Of a stretch of 64,000 bases of DNA, positions 1-8,997 are shown piece after piece; position 1 is the first letter of the stretch, and each line of letters opens with the position of its first letter. The position numbers were made by a program, and so were the translations under genes. Source of the DNA: Escherichia phage OliverMaurmann_Bas86; sequence record PQ850622.1; one strand, given 5' to 3'. Below the pieces are notes generated by a model, which was not told the DNA's origin, ran no database searches, and saw nothing but the letters and a program-made list of their open reading frames with translations.

Positions 1-1542
1 ATGTCATTAGATAAAGAGATTTACGAAGCTCTAACTGGAGATAAATTGAGTGTAGAGGAAAAGAAAGCTTTGCTCAATATGTTAAAAGAAAGGGACCAGT
101 GGAGAAAATATAATAAGATGTTAGCTTTTAAAGCTTACGATTTTCAGAAGAAATTCTATGCAGCAGGGTTGAAGCATCGCTTTCGATTCCTGTGCGCAGC
201 TAACCGTGTTGGTAAATCATACAGCGAGGCATACGAGTTTGCTTGTCATGTCACAGGTCGCTATCCAACTTGGTGGACAGGTTACAGATTTAATCGACCC
301 ATATTGGCTTGGGCGGTAGGGATTACAGGGGACTCTACAAGAAAGGTATTGCAAAAGGAATTGTTTGGAACACCTATCGGAAAGGATATGAATCTAATAG
401 GAACAGGTGTTATTCCTCGTGATGCTATCGTATTGGACACGATAGAACGAGATGGGAACAAATTACAGATTGTACAGATCAAGCATCAAAACGCGAGAGG
501 CGAGTTTGACGGTTTAAGTACACTGGAGTTCCGTTCTACCCAACAGGGTGAACATACATTGATGGGTGCTACGGTTGATTACATTTGGCTGGACGAAGAA
601 GATCCATACGAATCTATGGCAATCTTCTCTCAGTGTGTAACACGTACACTTACAACTAAAGGTTTAGTTACTATTACAGCTACACCAGAAAACGGTTTAA
701 CAGAGCTGGTGGATAAGTTTATGAAAGGTGAAGGAGACGAGAACACAGGTTCTCTGTATTTCCAGAACGCTTCTTGGTGGGATGCTCACGTAGATTTAGG
801 TGGACACATCACTGACCAAGATATTAAAGATATGACTGAAGGTATTCCAGCATGGCAGTTAGAGATGCGTTCAAAAGGTATGCCGTTGCTTGGTTCTGGT
901 TTAATTTATGATGTATCAGATGACATGGTTAAGTGCGATCCTTTCGAAATACCTGATACGTGGAAACGTGTTTGTGCTATTGATATTGGTATTGATCACC
1001 CGACCGCTGCTGTTTGGACAGCATATGATGCTAACACTGATACGATTTATGTTTATGACTGCTATAAAGAAGGTGGGTTTACTCCAGTGTATCATGCACC
1101 AGCTATTAATGGTCGTGGTCAGTGGATTCCAGTTATTCTTCCTCATGATGCCGATAACATTGAGAAGGGAAGTGGTTCATCTGTTGCTCAATTCTACAAG
1201 AATGCAGGAGTTAACGTACAGAGTGAGACCTTCTACAACAAGATTGGAATGGATGGTAAGAAGAACTTCTTTGTAGAGCCGGGAATTACTGATATTCGTG
1301 AACGTATGATGTCAGGTCGTTTCAAAATCTTTAACATTGCTTCGTGTGCTAAGCTCTTTGAAGAGAAAGCTCGCTATCACCGTAAGGTTGGCAAGATTGT
1401 TAAGGAACATGATGACTTGATGGATGCTATGCGATATTCAGCTTGTTCTGTAACACATCGTGGACGTAGTAAGCATGATGCTAGTTATGGTAGTTCATCG
1501 CTTTATCAAGACAATATTAACAGATGGAATCAGACCTACTAA
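1..1542 (+). CDS. terL: Terminase large subunit
   Basis: 513 aa; Walker A-like LCAANRVGKS near N-terminus; immediately upstream of portal-sized gene. ORF begins at window position 1, so the true 5' end may lie upstream. Confidence 0.8.
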   Translation: MSLDKEIYEALTGDKLSVEEKKALLNMLKERDQWRKYNKMLAFKAYDFQKKFYAAGLKHRFRFLCAANRVGKSYSEAYEFACHVTGRYPTWWTGYRFNRPILAWAVGITGDSTRKVLQKELFGTPIGKDMNLIGTGVIPRDAIVLDTIERDGNKLQIVQIKHQNARGEFDGLSTLEFRSTQQGEHTLMGATVDYIWLDEEDPYESMAIFSQCVTRTLTTKGLVTITATPENGLTELVDKFMKGEGDENTGSLYFQNASWWDAHVDLGGHITDQDIKDMTEGIPAWQLEMRSKGMPLLGSGLIYDVSDDMVKCDPFEIPDTWKRVCAIDIGIDHPTAAVWTAYDANTDTIYVYDCYKEGGFTPVYHAPAINGRGQWIPVILPHDADNIEKGSGSSVAQFYKNAGVNVQSETFYNKIGMDGKKNFFVEPGITDIRERMMSGRFKIFNIASCAKLFEEKARYHRKVGKIVKEHDDLMDAMRYSACSVTHRGRSKHDASYGSSSLYQDNINRWNQTY

Positions 1543-1548
1543 AAATAG

Positions 1549-1569
1549 GGGAGGCTTTGTCCTCCCTTT
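1549..1569 (+). terminator. Hairpin (GGGAGG / CCTCCC, 6-nt loop) followed by TTT; possible attenuator between terL and portal
   Basis: Inverted repeat read directly in sequence just after terL stop. Confidence 0.35.
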
Positions 1570-1607
1570 AGTAGTTCCTTCCAAGCTATCACCGAGGGAG
1601 AGATTAG

Positions 1608-3851
1608 ATGGCTAAGAAGAAATTTAGTGAAGATGTTTTGGATGAATTACGCGTTGACCTTCAACGTCGATTCAACTATGCTCAAGGTTATGTAGACTTA
1701 GCTGTAAAAGGCTATGCTCGTGAAGCTTGGGAATACTTCTACGGGAACCTTCCTGCTCCAGTTACTGCTGGTAGCTCTAGTTGGGTAGACCGTACGGTAT
1801 GGGAATCAGTGAATGGTACGCTCCAAGATATCATTAACGTGTTCTGTTCTGGTGACGAAGCGGTAACTTTCGTAGCCGATAACCAAGAAGATAGTGATGC
1901 TGCTGATGTAGCCACTAAACTTGTCAATCAAATTTTGTTACGTGATAATCCGGGATACAATATTATCTCTTCAGCGGCACAAGAGTGTCTGGTTACACGT
2001 AACTCTTTTATTAAATACTATTGGGATGAACAGACTTCTACTCAAACAGAAGAAGCAGAGGGTGTTCCTCCGGAAGCTTTGGCTGCATATGTCCAAGGTT
2101 TAGAAGCTGGTGGGCTTCAAGATTTAGAAATTTTTACCACTGACAATGAAGATGGTACAGTGGACGTTAAAGTAACTTACAAACAAACAGTAAAACGTGT
2201 TAAAGTAGAATATGTTCCTTCAGAGCAGATATTTGTTGATGAACATGCTACCTCTTTTGCAGATGCTCAGTATTTCTGTCATCGCACACGTAAATCTAAA
2301 GAAGATTTGGTTGCTATGGGCTTCCCTAAAGATGAAATCGAAGCTTTTAACGACTGGACTGACACAATGGACACCACTCAGTCTACTGTTGCATGGTCAC
2401 GTACTGACTGGAGACAGGACACTGATGCTGATATCGGTGTTGATACTGATGATATTGCAAGTATGGTATGGGTTTATGAACACTATATCCGTACTGGTGT
2501 ACTTGATAAGAATAAAGAATCAAAACTCTACCAAGTCATTCAAGCAGGTGAGCATATTCTCTCTTGTGAGGAAGTAACTAGTATTCCTTTTGTAACTTTC
2601 TGCCCTTATCCTATTCCGGGTTCATTCTACGGACAGTCGGTTTATGATATTACTAAAGATATTCAGGATTTACGTACCGCTTTGGTCCGTGGTTACATTG
2701 ATAACGTAAATAACGCTAACTATGGTCGATACAAGGCGCTTGTAGGCGCGTATGACCGTCGTTCTTTGCTAGACAACCGTCCGGGTGGTGTAGTAGAAAT
2801 GGAGCGTCAGGATGCGATTGATCTCTTCCCATACCACAATTTACCTCAAGGTATCGATGGCTTGCTGGGAATGTCTGATGAGTTGAAAGAAACTCGTACT
2901 GGTGTTACTAAACTCGGTATGGGTATTAACCCTGATGTGTTTAAGAATGACAACGCGTATGCAACCGTTGGGTTGATGATGAATGCTGCTCAGAACCGTC
3001 TCCGTATGGTCTGTCGTAACATTGCTCACAACGGTATGGTTGAATTGATGCGTGGTATTTATAATTTAGTCCGAGAAAATGGTGAAGTTCCTTTACAGGT
3101 ACAAACCCCTCGTGGTATGGTTCAGGTTCACCCTAAACAATTACCTGCTCGTCATAACTTAGAAGTAGTTGTAGCCATCTCTCCTAGCGAGAAGTCAGAA
3201 CGTGCACAGAAACTCATTAGCCTGAAGCAATTGATTGCTGCTGATGCTCAGTTAGCACCTCTGTTTACTCTGGAACAGGATCGTTATATGACTGCACAGA
3301 TCTTCGAGTTGATGGGAATTAAAGATACTCACAAATACTTGATGCCTCTGGAACAGTATCAACCTCCAGAACCTTCTCCGATGGAAATCCTCCAGCTTGA
3401 GATGACTAAAGCACAGGTTGAGAACGTACAGGCTTCTTCTCAGAAGATGATTGCTGATGCATTCGACCAGCGTGAACGCACTACGTTTGAACAGCAGAAA
3501 GCTGCGGACGAGTTTAGCTTACGTCAAGAAGAACTGCAATTTAAGCAAGAGAATGCTGCTGATCAGATGACTCTGGAGAATCGTAAAGAAGATAACAGTG
3601 CTACACTTGAACAAGCTAAGCATAAGTTGGCTTTACTCCAGCAACAGGTCCGTCAGTATGAATCTGTACTTAAAGAATTGCAGATGACTCTTAATCATCA
3701 GGTCGATGTTGAGAAAGTTGCAAATCAGGCTAAAATTCAAGATAAGACTTTGGAACTCCAAAAGAAAGAAGCAAATGAAACTAAGAAAGAACAGCAAAGT
3801 TCAATCAAAGATTCACGGATTCCTAACCGTCGTCTTGGTAGTAGAAAATAA
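1608..3851 (+). CDS. Portal protein (putative)
   Basis: 747 aa ORF directly after terL and before scaffold/capsid; C-terminal Q/E/K-rich coiled-coil tail. Assignment by gene order and size. Confidence 0.65.
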   Translation: MAKKKFSEDVLDELRVDLQRRFNYAQGYVDLAVKGYAREAWEYFYGNLPAPVTAGSSSWVDRTVWESVNGTLQDIINVFCSGDEAVTFVADNQEDSDAADVATKLVNQILLRDNPGYNIISSAAQECLVTRNSFIKYYWDEQTSTQTEEAEGVPPEALAAYVQGLEAGGLQDLEIFTTDNEDGTVDVKVTYKQTVKRVKVEYVPSEQIFVDEHATSFADAQYFCHRTRKSKEDLVAMGFPKDEIEAFNDWTDTMDTTQSTVAWSRTDWRQDTDADIGVDTDDIASMVWVYEHYIRTGVLDKNKESKLYQVIQAGEHILSCEEVTSIPFVTFCPYPIPGSFYGQSVYDITKDIQDLRTALVRGYIDNVNNANYGRYKALVGAYDRRSLLDNRPGGVVEMERQDAIDLFPYHNLPQGIDGLLGMSDELKETRTGVTKLGMGINPDVFKNDNAYATVGLMMNAAQNRLRMVCRNIAHNGMVELMRGIYNLVRENGEVPLQVQTPRGMVQVHPKQLPARHNLEVVVAISPSEKSERAQKLISLKQLIAADAQLAPLFTLEQDRYMTAQIFELMGIKDTHKYLMPLEQYQPPEPSPMEILQLEMTKAQVENVQASSQKMIADAFDQRERTTFEQQKAADEFSLRQEELQFKQENAADQMTLENRKEDNSATLEQAKHKLALLQQQVRQYESVLKELQMTLNHQVDVEKVANQAKIQDKTLELQKKEANETKKEQQSSIKDSRIPNRRLGSRK

Positions 3852-3860
3852 GGATACTGA

Positions 3861-4097
3861 ATGAATACAAGACAGCAATTCAATAAAGAGCACGCCGCCG
3901 CTTTGGCGGCTCTCAATCACAACGGCATTCTTGACGCAGCATTAGAGGCATTGAAAGAAACCCTCATGAAAGATATCGTACTAACCGAGGCTCATGAGAA
4001 TAAGAAACGCGAAGAGTGTTATCAAAAGTATAAAATGGTTGGTAGCTTAAAAGAGGTCATAAAAGCTGCTATCAATAATGCAGGAGATAATTCCTAA
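3861..4097 (+). CDS. Small hypothetical head-module protein
   Basis: 78 aa ORF with RBS, between portal and scaffold. Confidence 0.4.
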   Translation: MNTRQQFNKEHAAALAALNHNGILDAALEALKETLMKDIVLTEAHENKKREECYQKYKMVGSLKEVIKAAINNAGDNS

Positions 4098-5179
4098 TGG
4101 CAAATGATTATATTGACCCGAACGATTTTAAATCTTTCCTCCAACTAGACGACTTAAAAGGTTCCTTCAAAGAAGAGCTTAGTCAATTAGAATCAGAACG
4201 TGAACCAGAAGTGAACATTGATGATGAATTCCCAGAACAGTCTGAGACTTTTGATCTTGATGCTTCCGACCTTCTCGGTGATGACGATACGTTAGCGTTC
4301 GAAGATGAAGATGGTTGGGAAGATCGTGAAGAGGAAGGCGAAGAAGAAGAGGAAGAGTCTGAGTTCTCTGATGAAGAAGATGAAGAAGATGATTCCGGTG
4401 AAGCAGGTCACGATGAAGCTGCTAACAGTGATGAAGATGGCGAAGAAGGCGAAGTCTTTGACGTAGATTACGAAACTGTTATCACCCTTCCTGATGGTCG
4501 TGAGATGACTATTGAAGAGTTGTCTAATGGCTATCTGACTGGTGCAGAAATGTCCGAACGTGAGACTACTTTGCAGCGTCATGTTGAAGCTTTTGAAGAA
4601 CGTGTTTCTGGTTTGGGTGATGTATTAGAACTAGCTGCCCTAGAAGCAGACCGAGTAATTGAAGATTACAACGGTTTTGATTGGGACAAACTCGCACAAG
4701 AAGATCCTCAAGCTTATGTAGAAAACAAACGTTTCTTAGAAAAGTATACAGCTCGTCGCCAACAGCTTGAACAAGCTCAGCTTAAAATCAAGCAGGAAGC
4801 ACAAGCAAAAGAACAACAGCTCTTCCAAGCTAAATGTACCGAATGTGTAAGCGTACTTAAACGTGAGATTCCTAATTGGGATGACAACTTGTATCAGAAC
4901 CTGATGCAGTATGCAATCGACTTAGGTGCTACAGAAGAAGAAGTGCTGAAAGAGAACCGTCCGTCAATTTTCCTAGCTCTGCACAAAGCATACCAATTTG
5001 ATAAAGGTAAGCAGCAAGTGATGGCTAAGATTAAACGTCCCGGCTCTCCACGCAAGGTTGTGAAGTCCGATGCTTCTAAGTCTCGTTCTTCCAATACGCC
5101 AGACAACGCTAAGGTTGCCAAGGCATTCTCAGAGGGTCGCATTCGTCACGAAGACGCATTTAAGTATCTCGTAGATTAA
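4097..5179 (+). CDS. Scaffolding protein (putative)
   Basis: 360 aa, strongly acidic (long E/D runs), helical/coiled-coil C-terminal half, immediately upstream of major capsid gene. Confidence 0.6.
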   Translation: MANDYIDPNDFKSFLQLDDLKGSFKEELSQLESEREPEVNIDDEFPEQSETFDLDASDLLGDDDTLAFEDEDGWEDREEEGEEEEEESEFSDEEDEEDDSGEAGHDEAANSDEDGEEGEVFDVDYETVITLPDGREMTIEELSNGYLTGAEMSERETTLQRHVEAFEERVSGLGDVLELAALEADRVIEDYNGFDWDKLAQEDPQAYVENKRFLEKYTARRQQLEQAQLKIKQEAQAKEQQLFQAKCTECVSVLKREIPNWDDNLYQNLMQYAIDLGATEEEVLKENRPSIFLALHKAYQFDKGKQQVMAKIKRPGSPRKVVKSDASKSRSSNTPDNAKVAKAFSEGRIRHEDAFKYLVD

Positions 5180-5219
5180 TCGACAAATTTATTTTTAATA
5201 GTATAGGAGCTAATATAAC

Positions 5220-6278
5220 ATGGCAAATCCAACTTTATTTGTATCGTACGACCAGAATGGTAAAAAACTTTCTTTTGCTAACTGGATTTCTGTCCTGTCT
5301 CCGCAAGACACTCCGTTTGTGTCTATGACTGGTAAAGAGTCTATTAACCAGACTATTTTCAGCTGGCAGACCGATGCTCTGGCGAGCGTAGATGCTAACA
5401 ACGCCCACGTCGAAGGCTCTCGTGCTGAAGACGGTGAAATGAAACCGACTGTAATCAAGTCCAACGTTACTCAGATTCTGCGTAAAGTTGTTCGTGTTTC
5501 TGATACTGCTAACACCACCGCTAACTACGGTCGTGGTCGTGAGCTGATGTATCAGCTGGAGAAGAAAGGTAAAGAGATTAAGCGTGACCTCGAGAAAATC
5601 TTGCTGTCCGGTCAGGCTCGTACCGACATTCTGGCAGACCAGTATCTGACTAACTCTGCAACTGATCCTGCTGTTGTAGGTCAGAACGATACTTCAGCTG
5701 CACGTAAGACTGGTGCTTTCCAGTTCCTGTGTGCACACAATGGTGTTGCTGGTGGTGTTGTTAAGAAAGAAGATGGTCCTGCTGACCCGGATACCGGTGC
5801 AGTAACTGTTAAAGTTGCACAGAATGCTTCTAACCCGACTTCTAACATCGGTTTTGATGAAGCTGACATCTTTGATATGACTCTGCAATTGTATACCGCT
5901 GGTTCTGAAGCAGACATCATCATGATTAACCCTGCTCACGCTAATATCTTTGCTAAGCTTCAGGAAAACTCTGTTGGTTCTCGTCAGCGTATCTTTGAGA
6001 ACACCAAACAGTTCATCTATGAAGTTAACAGCATCACTGACCCGCTGGGCCAGAGCTATAAAATCATCGTTAACCGTTGGATGCCTGCTGATGCAGTTTA
6101 CTTCTTCCGCAGCTCTGACTGGACTCAGATGGTTCTTCGTGCTCCGAAACGTACTGAACTGGCGAAAGATGGTTCTTACGAGAAATGGATGATCGAAATG
6201 GAAGTTGGTCTGCGTCACCGCAACCCGTATGCTTCCGGTGTACTGTTCACCGCTGCGGGAAAGGTGGAAGCGGCGTAA
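5220..6278 (+). CDS. Major capsid protein
   Basis: 352 aa ORF following scaffold; strong RBS (TAGGAGC); size and position typical of HK97-fold capsid protein. Confidence 0.8.
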   Translation: MANPTLFVSYDQNGKKLSFANWISVLSPQDTPFVSMTGKESINQTIFSWQTDALASVDANNAHVEGSRAEDGEMKPTVIKSNVTQILRKVVRVSDTANTTANYGRGRELMYQLEKKGKEIKRDLEKILLSGQARTDILADQYLTNSATDPAVVGQNDTSAARKTGAFQFLCAHNGVAGGVVKKEDGPADPDTGAVTVKVAQNASNPTSNIGFDEADIFDMTLQLYTAGSEADIIMINPAHANIFAKLQENSVGSRQRIFENTKQFIYEVNSITDPLGQSYKIIVNRWMPADAVYFFRSSDWTQMVLRAPKRTELAKDGSYEKWMIEMEVGLRHRNPYASGVLFTAAGKVEAA

Positions 6279-7642
6279 CAGTAGATTCCGTAACTGTTAG
6301 TCCTTCGTCGGTTGCAAGCCTTCCGACGGGGGCTACTCAGCAGTTTACAGCTACAGCAGAAATGAGCGACGGCTCCACAAGCACAACCGGATTTAATTGG
6401 TCCGTTGAAGGCGGTGGGGCTGTTTCTGTTTCTGGGCTATATACTGCACCGAGTGCGTCGCAAGAAACCCCAGCAACTATTACGGCAACTAAGGGCAGTA
6501 AAACAGGTACTGCTACAGTTCAATCTGTTTTTGAACCTGCTACTATCGAAGCTAAAGCCAACATCACAGGCAAGGTTGGTGGAAGCACTACAGCCTTTAC
6601 TACAATGTTCACATCAACTAATTCTTCGGCAGAAGATTATTCTTTTGTTGTGTCTCCAACATCAGCAGGAACTGTCAGTGCAGCAGGAGTTTTAACTTTG
6701 AGTAACAATGCAACAGGTACAGTTACTGTTAAAGCTACCCATAAAACTCAATCAGGAGTTGAAGCCACTGTAACCTTTACAGGTGTTGTTGCCAAAGCGG
6801 CTATTACTGGAAAAACAGTCACGGGTAAAATTGGGGGCGATACTGTTGCGTTTGCTGATCTATTTACAGCAACAAACTCTTCCGCAGCCAATTACAACTT
6901 CGTAGCTAACCCTTCTGGGATGACTACCTCTATCAACACTAACACTGGACTTGTTACTTTATCGGCTAATGCTACAGGTGATGTAACAATTACAGCTACC
7001 CACAAAACTCAAACCTCAGTTACTGCTACAGGGACCATCAGTGGTGTAGTCCCTAAAGCCACTATCACAGGTAAATCTCTTACCGGTAAAGTTGGTGGTG
7101 ATGTGATTCCTTTCGCGGACATGTTCACCAGTAACAAACCAGCATCAGAATTCAACTACGTGTTGACTCCGACTGGTGATGTAGGTGAAATTAACACTAC
7201 TACAGGTGCACTGACTCTCTTAGATGCTCCTACAGATGAGCTTATTAGTGTTAAAGCTACCCATAAAACTCAAACTTCTGTAACGGCAACCGCTACAATC
7301 ACAGCTACTCCGAAACTTACGGGCCTCGTTGCTTCTAGTGTTTCTAATACTGTGGTCGTAGGTGCTCCAGAGAACCCTCTTGCTACAGACTCCATCACAA
7401 TCACTGACTCTACTCAACCGGGTGTAGTTCGTTTTGATGGTGTACCTCAGGGTTCAGTAGTTGGTGCTCTGTCTTATGACGCAGAAGGTACTGATGTGGG
7501 TTTGATGGAAGTTGATTTAACAGGTCAGGTGTTGACAATCACTTTATCAGCTCCGATTACCAGTGAAGATACTAAAATCTCAATCAGAACTAACCCAGCC
7601 TCTACAATATTCCGTACTTATGTTGTCAAGTCTGGTGCTTAA
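5220..7642 (+). CDS. Capsid protein with C-terminal Ig-like (Big_2-type) extension, predicted product of -1 programmed ribosomal frameshift at GGGAAAG (6257-6263)
   Basis: Slippery heptamer G_GGA_AAG lies in the capsid frame 5 codons before its stop; the -1 frame is open to 7642 and encodes Ig-like repeats (VTVDSVTVSPSSV...TGATQQFTATAEMSDG...). Confidence 0.5.
6550..7320 (+). repeat. Three tandem coding repeats (~80-87 codons each) inside the Ig-like extension
   Basis: Protein repeats each ending ...ATHKTQ(S/T)(G/S)V(E/T)AT... and beginning (A/P)KA.ITGK...; in-frame, not CRISPR-like. Confidence 0.6.
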
Positions 7643-7647
7643 AACTA

Positions 7648-7675
7648 AGGCTGCCTTCGGGTGGCCTTTTCTCAT
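7648..7675 (+). terminator. Rho-independent terminator (UUCG tetraloop hairpin + T-run)
   Basis: AGGCTGCC-TTCG-GGTGGCCT followed by TTTTCTCATTTT, just after the Ig-extension stop. Confidence 0.55.
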
Positions 7676-7742
7676 TTTAAGACCCTTATAAGGAGATATG
7701 TAATGTATTCTCTTTGTCTATACACAACTAGGAGGACAAGTT

Positions 7743-8255
7743 ATGGCAATGCCTGACTTAAAGGGTGTTTTTACTTATAACCAAGACACTGGACACCTCT
7801 TTTGGTCTATGAGTAATGTTTATAATAAGAAGAAAGGACAGAGAGCTGGTTGCATTAATAACAAAGGCTACAGAGTTCTGACCTTTAAAAATAAATCTTA
7901 TTTAGAGCACAGAATCATTGCAGAGTTATTCTTACCTAAAGTGGAAGGAAAGAATCAGATTAATCATAAGAATGGGATTAAGGATGACAACCGCCTAGAA
8001 AACTTAGAATGGTGCACAGGTAGTGAGAACTGCTTACATGCTATTAGTATAGGTCTTAGAGAAGTGAAAAGTTTAGAGGAAAATCCAAACGCTAAACTTT
8101 CTAAAGAGGATGCTCTATTCTGTCTTCAGAACTATAAGCCTAGAAGCCGTCAGTTCGGAGCTAGAGCATTGGGTCGAAGATTTGGAGTATCTAAAAGTAC
8201 AATCAGCCTTCTTGTGAAAGGCGAAAACTGGAAGGAGTTATTATATGATGCCTGA
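7743..8255 (+). CDS. HNH homing endonuclease (HNH_3-type with N-terminal Y..DTG.L.W motif)
   Basis: 170 aa; motifs GYRVLTF...HRIIAELF...INHKNGIKDDNRLENLEW; preceded ~40 nt upstream by TAATGTATT. Confidence 0.8.
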   Translation: MAMPDLKGVFTYNQDTGHLFWSMSNVYNKKKGQRAGCINNKGYRVLTFKNKSYLEHRIIAELFLPKVEGKNQINHKNGIKDDNRLENLEWCTGSENCLHAISIGLREVKSLEENPNAKLSKEDALFCLQNYKPRSRQFGARALGRRFGVSKSTISLLVKGENWKELLYDA

Positions 8256-8988
8256 TGTTCAATATCCCATCAATACCTACGGATGGCTCAAGAAAGCTGT
8301 GTCCCTCTGGGCTGACAGGGATGATGATGAATTTGTTAATCAGATTCCAAACTTTATTAACTTTGCAGAGAAAGAAATCTATCGTAACTTACGAATTCCT
8401 CCTCTGGAAAAAGAAGTATATTTAGATATTAAAGATGGTGTGGCTTTTATTCCACCAGACTACTTAGAAGCTCAGTGGATGATGAGAGCAAGTAATGGAC
8501 ATATGTTCCGAGTAACTTCTCCAGAAGAGTTAGATTGGCTGAAAAGAAATAACTCAGTAAACCCAACTAACTGGAATCAGGGAGAAGTGAGTTTTACTAG
8601 GTTGGGAAGTCGGTTCCTGTTCTACCCAGCCATCAATGCTGATACTCCGGTCTACCCTGATGATGGAAGCCCTCTTATTCCAGCGGAGAATTCGGTAATT
8701 CTTAGCTATTATGCAGACCCTCCGGAGTTTCATGAGGATTCTGATACAAGTGCAATTTTAACAATAGCTCCAGAGCTTCTTCTATATTTCACATTACGTC
8801 ATGCAAGCTTATTTGTCCAAGATGATAATGGGGTTCAGAAGTGGTCTGCTTTAGGGAAAGCTATTCTAGATGAGGTAGTTGAGCAGAGTAAGAAAGCTGA
8901 ATACTCAGGCTCTCCTCTAGTTATTCCTAGAACTATTGACCGTCTTCACAGCTCTCGTGAGTTGTATGGAATCAAACACTACAGTTAA
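8245..8988 (+). CDS. Virion structural protein (function unassigned)
   Basis: 247 aa ORF with GAAGGAG RBS, between HNH insert and tail fiber genes. Confidence 0.45.
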   Translation: MMPDVQYPINTYGWLKKAVSLWADRDDDEFVNQIPNFINFAEKEIYRNLRIPPLEKEVYLDIKDGVAFIPPDYLEAQWMMRASNGHMFRVTSPEELDWLKRNNSVNPTNWNQGEVSFTRLGSRFLFYPAINADTPVYPDDGSPLIPAENSVILSYYADPPEFHEDSDTSAILTIAPELLLYFTLRHASLFVQDDNGVQKWSALGKAILDEVVEQSKKAEYSGSPLVIPRTIDRLHSSRELYGIKHYS

Positions 8989-8997
8989 GGAGAGATT

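Noticed and set aside
282-1276. Short ORFs from the six-frame track lying inside or antisense to large well-supported genes (e.g. 282-482, 908-1276, 916-1146 and many similar)
   Set aside because: Fully embedded in longer genes with clear motifs, no RBS, often low-complexity or hydrophobic translations; most likely non-coding frames.
6185-6256. Independent initiation of the Ig-like ORF at ATG 6185
   Set aside because: The ATG lies inside the capsid gene without a convincing Shine-Dalgarno, and the Ig-like domain begins only after the capsid stop; the in-frame slippery heptamer makes a frameshift fusion more likely.
6550-7320. Tandem repeats as a possible CRISPR array
   Set aside because: Repeats are ~260 bp, in-frame, protein-coding and divergent at DNA level; no short identical repeats with unique spacers anywhere in the window.
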